Shown here in pieces: positions 26,448 to 38,800 of a stretch of DNA of 64,000 nucleotides. The translations under genes were made by a program, and so were the position numbers. The DNA comes from Trichoplax adhaerens (lineage: Eukaryota > Animalia > Placozoa). The stretch spans positions 2,159,429 through 2,223,428 of the forward strand of contig NW_002060953.1 of assembly GCF_000150275.1 (NCBI RefSeq), written 5' to 3'. Within the stretch, counting starts at the first letter, position 1, and each line of letters begins with the position of its first letter. The notes under the pieces are model-generated. The model ran no database searches, was not told the DNA's origin, and saw only the letters and a program-made list of their open reading frames with translations.

Positions 26448-27117
26448 TCATATTTAGCCCCAATTATAATCTTACTATCTACAACTGAGTTTTTAAGGCA
26501 TTAAATTAAATTCATAAGCAGAATATATATTGTGCATCTTTTCAATGAAGTTGCTAAAAATTAAAAAGCTAAAATTTACAGGTAATGGAATTTTTGTGGC
26601 CAGGAGAAATAGCCAATAGCTGATATTACTGCAATAATTTAGTTGTAATTAAACATATTTATACATCTTAGATAGTAACTACTTTAACTTAATAATCGTA
26701 GTCGTATTAATTAAAGTTTGCAAAGTAAAGCTCCATAGATTCATTTATATTTTATTAAAATTGGATTTCATAATTTTTTATCTGAAATCCGTACCAGTAC
26801 CATTTTGAATGTAACTTCTTGCGGATGTATAATCATCAATGCTTTAAGTGATGCAGTAAAATTACTATTAGAAAGAGCTCATTTACACTGTTGACTCAGT
26901 GCTTTACCTTTACCTATCGATAAAATAATACTTTAGATAAGCTTGGAGTCTATGCAGTATGCATGCTTTAATGGCAATCCTATTGTAATTATCAATTCTA
27001 TATCACAGTATCAAGGCTCGACCATTCAGGATCGAAATTACATCAATGATGTGCTGTTGTTATATTCCATAGGATATTTGTAGCAAGTTTTCTGTACCAA
27101 GCCCGATAGATGAACAA

Positions 27118-27692
27118 TTTAACTTGCTCATATAACTAACGTCCTAGCAGTTGCAAGTTTCGATTCAACATAGTAGCAAAGTGTTTTGAAGGTATAATAA
27201 TGAAAGACGAACAAAATGGCCAGTAAAAACATTTCGTATTTGGCTAATATTCATATTCTATAAGGCATATGTGGGACGCTGTCCGCAGTGAATTCGATTG
27301 ATTGTAATACTAACCTACTCATGTGACTAAAGTGCAATCTGAACGGAGCATGATATAACTATGTAGTGATTTATCTAATTATATTGGTAGAATATTTTGA
27401 AAGTATAGCAACAAAAAATTAATTAAAGGATGAAAAAAATGACCGGAACTTGGCTAATAAATTAATTAAGATAGTTGTAATAATCATATCATAATCATCA
27501 ATTCTATAAAATAACTCTGTACAGTGTTCGATGGATTAAAATATTAATTTGCTCATGTAACTAACGTAAAAACTATTCTGAGTATGGCGTAACAGTGCAG
27601 TGATTAGAGCTAATTAGAGTAGTAAAGTACCTGAAAGTATAATAATGAAATATTAATTAAACGGCCACCAAAAGGCTCCTATTTGGCTAATA
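27118..27692. repeat. Diverged direct repeat (~140 bp) at ~27118 and ~27544 between NHE-C and NHE-D
   Basis: Both copies share ttgctcatRtaactaacgt ... tgaaRgtataataatgaaa ... ggcca ... tatttggctaatat. Confidence 0.65.
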
Positions 27693-28322
27693 TATTGTGT
27701 ATATTACAACGTATAACTTTCAATGATGTCGTATGGCACTCATGTTGCATTAGTTTGGAAGGCAATAGTACTGCTGATGACAATTGATTATACAGTAATT
27801 AGATTGTCTCAGAATAACTAAAATGATTCAAGCTTAAATAACGTAAATTTTAGAATACTTATACTGTAGAAAGCCCAATACCCCACCTTCTACAGTATTT
27901 CATAATACTAATGGCATGAAAGCTCATCTAATCCGCAACGCTGTGTGAATCATAAGATGTTCTGGACATAAGATATTTTAATGCAAGATCGTAGAGATAA
28001 TAGTTGTACTTGCACTACTAAATAATTGTTTGAATATTCGTAAAATCTCCTTATTCACCATATGTTAATGAGTAAATCAAGAATAAAGCACTTGCCTTGC
28101 ATATAGTACTGTATTGGCAGCTGAAACTGCTTTAATATGTAAATATTCTAATTATATGGCAGTAGATGATACACACGCCATTATGCAGGGCGTATGGTCA
28201 TCATCAGTCTTAAGCCCCTGGAATATCGGTGTATTGAGTCTATTTCACGGCCTGTACTCATCAGCTATCTCAGTAAACTAAACTTCAACTCCTCCAATTT
28301 AGGTGCAGAAATTGAGTACATC

Positions 28323-31300
28323 ATGACGCTATTTTCTTTTCGTCGTGCTTGGTGGATAGTATTCTTATTTATCTTGACCACGATACCTCCTTCCTTGCAG
28401 CATAATCGCGAAAGCATTACCGAAGAGGAAGTAGAACATCACCATCATCTATTTCGAAATGTGCTCATCATTATGTTCGTTCTTCTCCTACTCAATATCT
28501 TGACAGCTTGGGTGCTGAGAATCTATCATATTGTTATCGTGCATGAGACGGGACTGGCGATGATATATGGTAAGGAATCTACAATACTTGCAAGAATATG
28601 TTTTTCTCTATTAGAACGCCATGTAATCCTATTATTATCACGTGGAGATTTCTACCATGTTTTAATAATAAATATGCAATAAACAGACACTTCTTATTAC
28701 TGTAATTCCAAGTTTGATTTCTGAAGTTATCTTTACATAGATTGATCTTGATGATTGCAGCTATTATATTATACTTGATTTAAAATCTGTCGATTCAATC
28801 TCAAAACAGATTAAAACATAGCTGGTCGGTACACGATGTCCTTCGAGCTAAACATTTGTATTTAAATGCCCTACGTAATTGTAAGCCTAAAAGCTTTACT
28901 AAAATATAATTCCACAGGCCTGATAACTGGAGCAGTTGTTAAGTATTCTTTGCCACCTGAGGAGCAAGAAATCTCGAAGGCTTGTATGTTTACTGTGAAG
29001 AACGATAACATTCCGGCCATTCTTCATGCAACAATTGATAATAAAACGTGTGCCTATGGATTATTAAATGTTTACGATACCGATAACCCTGATTTACCCC
29101 AACCACAACTGGTCGATATGGTAAGTTAAACACTACTACAAAATAAGGCACGTTTAATCTACGCCATGGACGAGAAAATGTTTATTCTTCCATGTATTTG
29201 TACTGATGCATGATAGCTTAGTTTGTAACTTGAAATCGGATAAATACTAATAACGATAGTATTTCTGAAATCGAATTAGCTCATCTTCAATTCGGAAATC
29301 TTTTTCTATATTATGCTTCCTCCAATCATATTCTTTGCTGGATACGATTTACGACGCGTAAGTAATACTACATTGACTGCAGATTTATAATATTTATAAT
29401 AATTACGGCATTAATCAATGTTGAAACTTGTTGTTAAAATTTAACTCATACATTAGTTATAATCTTTAATGCTCAACAGAACTATAGAGCAGAGTTGCTT
29501 CGGCATAACCTATTTAATGGTAACCTTCAAAATATATCAACTGCCGATATCTGATTTATAACCTAATGCTACATCTGCAAATAGAGGCATTTCTTTCGCA
29601 ATTTTGGATCAATTCTTTTCTATGCCATTGTTGGAACCATTATTTCCTGTTTTGTCATCAGGTAAGTTAAACATCCAAAGTGTACCTTAGTCTTCTTTTA
29701 AAGCCATTAATGAACTACAGTTTGTAGCTAATACATTTAAACTCTTTGCTTCATTTTTTTCGAAAAGACGACGTTGAAACTAACGGAGTTCTATCTGTTT
29801 ATGATCTTCCGTTGTATAAAAATATGGAGATATTACTGATAAAATTTTCGCAGCTTTAAGATTGTACCGTAAGAATCGAATTAGTTCTATATTTGAATTT
29901 ACAGCTGGCAAATTAATTGATGAGGCATATTATCCATGACTAGAATGAACCATGTAGATTTCATATACGTACTCTAAGTATGTGACCATTGTATCAGCGC
30001 TTACTTAGTATATCGAATTCCACACGTTATCATACAAGCAATATTATTTATGATATTTAAATGGTTTCTATCTATGTCCTAAATGAATCTTCGTAGTTTT
30101 TTTTTAAAGTAAATAAATGACAAACAAATTTTGCTAGCAATTTGAGCTAAGATTACTAGTGCTGATTTGTTTTTTGAATATTTACAAGGTTTATAAGCTA
30201 GAATTGATCTATTGGATATTGTTGCTTGTTTACCATTTAGTGGCATAATGTATGGATATGTTACAAAAATTTATCCTATTCCTGGTTTTAAATTTGTCGA
30301 CTGCCTATTATTTGGTGCTATGATTTCAGCAACAGATCCTGGTATGATCTAAATCTTTTAATTTCTATTACCTAGAATACCAGTTCTGAAGTAGCTAATA
30401 CTTCTTCTAATTGAAAAATTTTTCATTATTAGTCACTGTCTTGGCTATTTTTCAACATTTACATGTCGATTCCAAATTGTATGCCTTGGTCTTTGGAGAA
30501 AGTGTTCTCAATGATGCAGTCTCTATCGTTTTATATAGGTAATTAAGTTCCAAATCTATTAATATGGCTTAGGGGAAATTTGATCTTTATAATTGTAAAT
30601 TGATCGATTAATAACCTAAAGAGGCATATCTAGATCCTGTCAACAGCTATGAAAAGGTTCCGTTATCCTATTTTAGTGCTATTTTAACTTATTCACCTGA
30701 TATGAGCGAAAGCGAAAATGGTTTTGATGGTGCTGCATTCTTTGAATTACTGCTCAATTTCCTATGGATTTTTCTTGGTTCATTTGGTGTTGGTTGCTTA
30801 ATGGGCTTATTAACAGCATTAATATCCTACCACGATCATTTTCATGATAAATATCTTTGTGAAATTAGCTACGACTTATTCACTCTATAATATTAGCTAA
30901 TTCTTGAAATTATTCGAACAAAAATTCTTACTACTATTGCCTAATTTTGGATAGTTAAAGATTAGCATCTCACAAATAATTACAGTTGTAGTGCTATCAA
31001 TTACTCTAAAAGAATCGGTGATTAGTTATCAGTCACGATATATCATAGAAAATTACTTACTTTCTTCCGGAATTCTTAGGAATGCGTAGCAATCGTTTGT
31101 TTTCCTAACACTATGCTTACTAATAGTAGGATTAAAAGAGCTAATTTTAGATAGTCAAGTTATCTTCAGCTAGTAATTATAACTTATTCGATATAATTTA
31201 TTGAACGCTACTCTAGCAAATAATTTATGTGGATTTGTTCATTTCTCTTTCGATATAGCGATTAATTGTTAATTTGCCTTTCCTTTTGTAGTTATAGTTC

Positions 31301-33317
31301 TAGCTGAGTTGATACCATTAATTTCATTAAGCTATCTTATGAGATCTACAACAGTAGTAAATATAGTAATACTAGCGTAAAAGTAGTTTCTTAAGAGTAA
31401 ATGCTATCCTTATTACCTTCATACTGTCCTTACGGATAACGGTATGTATAGGATAGTGAGCATACTAGTACTAATATGATATGTGGTTTCGGTATTAATT
31501 TAAAGTATCATAAAGGATAACGGTTAACACAGCATTAAAATTATAAATCCAACCATTCAAATGTTAATGCTATCCGCTTTTTATTATCCACGTAATATGG
31601 TTTCAATATATGCAAACTAATGATAGAATGATAAAACTTTTGTTCTAAACATCTTCTTTCGATCTCTATTCGGCCTTAATCATTTTGTAAATTACTAAGC
31701 TAACCAATATCAAGGAACATCCGATACTGGAAACAGCCATTTTCATCATCATTTCCTATTTAACTTTTCTCATTGCTGAAGCTTTTCATTTAACAGGTAA
31801 TTTAGTTTATACAAATTGCTTTTTTGTCTATTCCAGAAGAGCTCGATTAATAACATGACTTTCTTTTCCACCAGGAATTGTAGCCATTCTATTCTGTGGT
31901 ATTATCCAATCCCATTATACCTATAAAAATTTATCTGCTGAATCTAGAACTAGAACAAAACAAGTTATTTGCCATAGTCGCAAATTTAGAATAAAACTTT
32001 CGTTAATTCGTATTATAGCCCCTTTCTTCTTATCATTTCCTTTATTTATTGTTACAGACTATTGAAATGATCAGCTTCCTAGCTGAAAATGCCGTATTCT
32101 CCTATATGGGACTTTCATGTTTCGTTTTCCCCTATCATAGATTTTATATGGGATTTGTTGTATTTTCATTTGTATCTTTAAGTGTCTTTTTAGACCTTGT
32201 AGCCTATTTAGTGATAACTAACTATTGAAGAACATAAATCTAGTTCCGATTAATCTTGTTGAAAGTTTCTACAAGCCCTTAACCTTTGAATTAGATCGCA
32301 ATTTTAACAGGTCGCCTATGCAATATATATCCAATCAGTTTCATCTTAAATAGAGCTCGTCAAAACAGGATTGGCTACAGGCTTCAGCACATGATGCTTT
32401 TTTCTGGTGAGCCGAGTATTGAATTATCTTACTATTTTAGTATTTTAAAACAGCAGCATAAGTGATAAGGGTTATTTATTTTCGATTATAGGTCTACGAG
32501 GTGCTATCGCCTTCGCTCTGGCTATTCGCAATACATCTAGCAAAGTTCGTCAACTCATGTTTACAACAACGGTGGTAATTGTATTTATTACAGTCTTATT
32601 TAATGGAGGTACAACAACAATGATGTTGCGGTGGCTAAAAATCAAGTTAGTATTAGATATTGAATGATATATAAGAATTTATTGCAAATTCATTATTCAT
32701 TTTATTAATTTCTATCGTCATTGTTAGGGTTGGAATTACCCAAGATGAAGATGATGACAGCGAGGTGCTAATAACATTATTTATTAGCTGAACTGTTCAG
32801 TTTTAATGTAGAATAATATCGCATTAATGAAGCGAGCTTCTCATGGAAATAATCATTGCTATCATTATAGATTGACTACAGGCAAAATAATGTTTATGCT
32901 GCAACATCGTCGAACGCTGCAGATCGTTCACTACTCGCAAAAATGTGGTTTAGCTTGGATGAGAAATATCCTACTCTTAGCTCTAATTTTTATTTATAGT
33001 TGTTTATAACAGCCAACTTTACAAAATACAGCAATCATTTTATTGAACCATCCACTTTATTAGATAGCCTTGTCCACGTATTTCGAGTAATTCAGAGTCA
33101 TTGCCTTAACATCTGGTGTAAGTATTTATCACCAATATTTGTTCATAGAGGTACCAATCCTTTTGAAGGAACTCGATTCCATCAGTGTGGAGTCTGTTTC
33201 AAAACTAAGTATGATGAAGATACTGACCGCAATGAAGATAATGATGAAGAAGTAATCTATAAGAATACAAATGATGAGACAAGGATTCGCTTGACCGACG
33301 CTGTGGTTAACGCATAA
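28323..33317 (+). CDS. Endosomal-type Na+/H+ exchanger, SLC9A6/7/9-like, paralog D (15 exons, appears most divergent)
   Basis: Same exon structure. [56 protein letters not shown]; last exon 33122-33317 ends ...DAVVNA*. Confidence 0.9.
30822..31690 (+). other. U12-type intron 7 of NHE-D (AT-AA)
   Basis: 5' ATATCCTAC; branch GCCTTAAT; ...TTTTGTAA|ATT ACT AAG CTA ACC (ITKLT). Confidence 0.8.
32172..32294 (+). other. U12-type intron 10 of NHE-D (GT-AG)
   Basis: 5' GTATCTTT; branch CCCTTAAC 11 nt before the intron end. Confidence 0.8.
32966..33121 (+). other. U12-type intron 14 of NHE-D (AT-AA)
   Basis: 5' ATATCCTAC; branch TGCCTTAAC; ...GGTGTAA|G TAT TTA TCA CCA. Confidence 0.82.
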
Positions 33318-35863
33318 CTGTGGGATCTAATAGAGTAAGTAACTGATAGTACCTTTTTAAAAATATTCAAATATTAAGAAAAAATGGCCCAACTATTGCC
33401 ATTTTATTCACATTCTAGTATCAAGATATTAAGTAAAAGGCGAAATAGCTGGAAGCAAATTTATTTATAGATTGATTGAACTCGGTCAAGGTGAGGACTT
33501 CAAAAGTACCATTGGAAATTCGATAACTCGATTAGAGTATGATTCAGGCATTATGCTTAAATTCCATTTCCTACTTCGTTCCTGTTTAAGATATTTGCTT
33601 TAATTTAATACTTGCCTATGCATAACCAGCTGAATGAGGTATTTCTGAGTAAGTCTTGTAGTTTAATAATGACCAAGTCTCCTTGAATGATTGCTATTGC
33701 AATTCTTGTTTCTGACGAGATTATGACTACCTTCAGACCTCCTTGCCTTGCTAATAAAATCTATATGCATATTGCCATTAAATCGGAAAATGGTGTCATA
33801 TGTTGCATTAGAAAAAATGGAATGGATTACTCAATTTGGCAGAAGTAATTTCGAAAGAAGGGATTGCTTGATAATGACCATGCCATTAATAGAACGTTAT
33901 TATAATTGTTTCAATTTTAGATCTTTCCAATGATTAAATGCTTTCTGACGAATTATTCTTTATTAAATATCGTAACTAAACTAATAAATGGCTACAAAAT
34001 ATTCAGCAGTATACATAATGGATTTTCCTAAAAGATTAGTTCTCTTTCATGTAATTTACTAGAAAAAATTCCTCCTTAAGATATGCAACATAACGTGAAA
34101 AAAACATTATAGTAGGATTGATGAGCTAAAAGGCAGCCTAAATCAATGATCTAACAGTAAGTTCTTTACTGAATTGCAGACCATTAAACACCTCTATACT
34201 AATTTGTAAGCATAAGTAAATGCTATACCATTGCATATTAGCTCCCTATAAGTTGGTCTGCTAGTTAAGTAACCATAATTGATTGCATCTATTGCATGAT
34301 AGTTAAAAATACATGAAATTGAGCTTCAAGTTCACACTATGTAACTAGGGTGCAGATGTACAGTATAAGAAAGGTATACCATAAATTAGATGAATTCATC
34401 ATCAATAATAATAATTTAATTTATTCCGAATAAAAAGGTCCCAAGTTGTTCTCTGAAGTCGCGTTATATGACGTATAAAAATAGTTTTAGTTATAGCCAA
34501 AAGTTTAGTCTCAATCTGATCTCATAAGACACGCAGAATTATGAGGTAATTTCTATTATTTGGATATAGGGAGAAAAGAAGGTAAACTGTCATACATTAA
34601 TATGTGCGGTAAATATTAGACCTGTACAATTCATTTCACGGACTTAAAAGTGTTTGTCGTAGTTGATCAACACTATTGTACTACTATAGCTATTGAAATC
34701 GTACCTCTAATAAATTCATGTCAAATTTAGTTGGGGTGCGGACATGATTTGCATGCCATAAATTCGATAATTCTTTCTTTTTAAACTAACATGGACCATT
34801 ATGGAAAGGGTAAGATACATTGTTAGCCAAAGGCGACTAGTAAATTAGCATATGACATGATCTAATAGTCACAGCAGGATAGAAACACTTGAGCAAATGA
34901 CTTATTCTGATTTTATTGATCGATCATATTTGAATCACTTCGGTAGAATATCCCATATTAAAATTTGTTTGAATACAACACAACATCACAAACATGGATT
35001 GTAAGATCATAAAAGTTATTATGTAGATATATTTTATATAATTTTTATGCTACATAAAATTGGATTACAATTTGTCTTAACGTCAAGCCAGCAATCAATT
35101 GTAATTTTTATATCGTACTGTATTCGCCTGCGGCCATTTAGTGCATTTATAGACACCTTAATTAAAAAAATAAAGACTTTAAGTATAGTACTGATATCGA
35201 TACGACTCAGATGATAGTTTCCTAGTGATCGTACCGTCGTAAACTTAAAAGTTATCAAGACAATATCACAGGATATTATTCAAGTTCCATAACTTTGAGA
35301 AAAACAACTGTAATCGCAAATGAAATAGCAAAATCAAGACAAAAATTGATAGCATCCATTGTATAATATAATTAATATTTACATATTCCAATCAAAATTT
35401 TTGTACTCTGAACACATTCTGCAAGTGATCGTTTAGTATACAGTAAAATAAATTTAATGAATTACAAGTACAAATATAGTAATTAGGTCAAGTTTCCAAA
35501 AAAAAGATAGTATTCGCTTATCAATAAATTTAGGATGTCATATCCACCCCTCTATTTTATACCTATCAATACGATCAAAAAAGTATATTACATGCCTCGT
35601 TTGCTCTTCTTTTCTAACTCAATTAGCTTAGAGCATAATAGACAATATGTTGCTCACACCGTAGTTGCCTCCATTAGCATATAAAACTGTATATTGGAAA
35701 TTATGTACCAGTCCTCAAATCAATTTTAGTAAAGTAGTAATCATTATACAAAATAGTGCACACGAGTGAGCGGTGAACTTTTGATAATTACAAGTTCAAT
35801 TAGTTAGATATATTCCTGATGTAAAGTGAATTGGTAATCGGGACGAAAGGTATCAAGGTAGGC

Positions 35864-38800
35864 TTAAAATGTCGCTTCCTCAACCGATAGCTGGCCTTCT
35901 TGCTCCTTTTCTAGTAGTTTAATTTGAACCTTCAGATCTATGCAAGCCTGACGTTGCTCATGAATTTTCGTAAATAGCTCGTCAAGATGTAGCTGTAAAG
36001 TTATTAGTAACAATAGTCAGTTTCATAAGATATCAAAACGCTACAATCAAAGCTTGATTACTTCCAATTCTTGATTCTCCTTTGATAATCGATCATGCAA
36101 TTCTTGTTGTTCGGCTTCAGATAGCATTTCCTATGAAGAAGTCATAATTCAGAATCAGTTGTATAGAAATATTGACTATGTCTAATGATAGCATTAGATA
36201 TATTACATCTCCATTCTCTACTGCAGCATCGGAATTCTCCTTTAACTGTTCCGTTAAGGTTGCAATTTCCTCCTGTGGAAGTTAAATACATGAAGTGAAA
36301 GAGGTACGGTACATTACGCTAACAATTACGGTATACGGCCGACAAAAAGGCGAAAATATTGCACTTTAAAACAATGATAATCTGATTACATTAAAATCGT
36401 TAAAATGGTATGCTGAATAAGACATTTACGACACAGAAACTCTTCTACAGCAAGTACCTTTATATTCTCAATCAATTTCTTTTCAGCATCGATCATCTCT
36501 TGCAATTCGTCATGCAACAGTAACAATTCCTGCCAAGTTGAAAAAGCATGGATTGCTTACTGTTAGTATACGTATTTACGACAACTAATAATGTAAGCTT
36601 TCTGCTATAGCTGTTACAACCTGGTTTTCGAGCTTGCAAGAATCTTCTGCGATAGGTACTGAATCTAAATCTTGTAAGGCAAATTAGATTCTATTAATCA
36701 ATATACCTCTGCTAAAAGCTGACTAATTCTTTAATACCGTCTTCTAATTTTTCTTTATCAGTATCCAGTGGCATAGCTTGATCCAAAGATTTAGCTACTT
36801 TTGTTGCTAGACGACGCTACAGGCATATTATTGACAACATCATGAACAAATTTTAATAGTGAAAATTCTTAAAATGGCTACAATAATAGCTTTGCAAAGT
36901 ACCTGTCTAGAAAGTTCCGTAAGCTTTCTTTGAGCAGCCCATAATAATTCTGATTTCTTCTTATGCTATTTATGATATATTTCATTGCATTAGCTGAAGT
37001 TCAAAAGCAGAAACTAAAACGTAGCAATAATTTGATTATGAACATACTTCCTTTCCAGACTTTGGTAATTTGCGTAGACTATCATGAAGGCTATCCAACT
37101 GACTTTCTACCTCGGCGATGGTTTTATTTAATGACCTGTACATAAGGGCAATAGCTGGTTAACCGATTAGCAGCATTATTTGAAAAAGTTTTATTCGGTA
37201 ACAATAAATCACACTTAATTATTTAATATCTCTCCTTCTACAGTATTCAATGTTGATTCTTACTCGACAGTTTCTTCAGCAGACTTTTGTAGGCTTCTAT
37301 CAATGTTTAAAGTACGTCATGCAACATTAAATAACAATAATCAATTCATATAGAAACAATTTCATTATTTTTATCATCCTTTACAACAATCTATACGTAC
37401 GCTTCAAATGGTATGTCACTAAATATTTCGTCGGCGTGGTTTAAAAAAGCTGTAATTACAGGGGTTGGCAAGTGCAAAGTTGGACCAAGAACGATCACCA
37501 TATTTGGTAACGTCATCTTGTTGACACTTTCCTAAAGTTAGCATTGGTTTCATTCAAAAATTTCATTCGTTCTATAAACAAGGTAATATACTTGTTTATA
37601 CCGTAAATGACTTACATTTTTGATAACATTGGCTACATGTTTAATAATCCAGCATATCAGTGTTCGATTAGGAAGGGGAAGTTGTTGTACTAAAGCTTTA
37701 ATAGGCTCCCAACTGCCGTCTTTGAGTGATATAGCTGTAATCAATGATCGTATAACAATGGTCAATTCTATTATTTAAACCTCTCGCAACACCGGTACGA
37801 TGGAATAGAAAATTATTGTGGTTCTTTTATTACCCGACGCTTCCTCAAACTTGTCAGATAATTCACTTGTAAGTAGATTGCAAGGTAATTCTCTTAAATA
37901 TAGTTTTAGTAAACCAGCTACACTATCAGGATCAGCGGTGGAAAAATCGATAGTCCCAACTAGAAAAATAAAGATTTGCAAGAAAGTAAATTAATACTTA
38001 TACAGTACCATGAGGTTACAATTCCGAATAGCATGGAAAGCGGTAAGTAGTCGCGAATTTTTTTATTTACAAGTGGGATAGTGCAAAAATATTAGTCATC
38101 AAGTCTAACAACTGACATGGAAAGAAATTAGTGATAAAATGCAGTGACGAAATGGTTCTAATTACAAGTTATTGAACAAATTACCGCTGTCATACTGAGC
38201 TCTATAAGCCATAATTTTCGATTTGGTACCAGATACACGATAGATACCTTCACTATGAATACCTAAAAAGCAATAGAGAAGAGTTAATACAATGTATATT
38301 GTGCTATTGACGGCTAACTTTACCATCATTTGAAGAAGCTAGGGTGAATTTGTTTATTAACTTAACAACGAAAATTATTAAGCAATTGGATAATACGCAG
38401 TTCATGTTGACCGTAAACAATTGAGAAGAAAATGTAGACAATGTGATATCCTTTTAATTTTGCTATGAGCTACGGTAATCTAATTTAATAGGTGATTGTG
38501 ATGAATACTGTAACTACATGAATAATATTTATTTATTATACTGATCTACTATTGGACGTCAATTTACTGTCCGGCATATTATATATGATGATGCAAACAA
38601 TAAAATGATAAGTACAGAAGGCGATTGATTTCGGCCAGTTTGCTATTGATAAGACAATACAACTTTTAAATTAGCTGATCATAATGAATTTTTAATTGGT
38701 TGTAATCACATTGTAAAAAAGAATAGTAAGTAGTTGAGAATCAAGATATTAAATAAAATGACTAAGTATTATCGCATAGGGTAGTAGAATGTTCTGTCTT

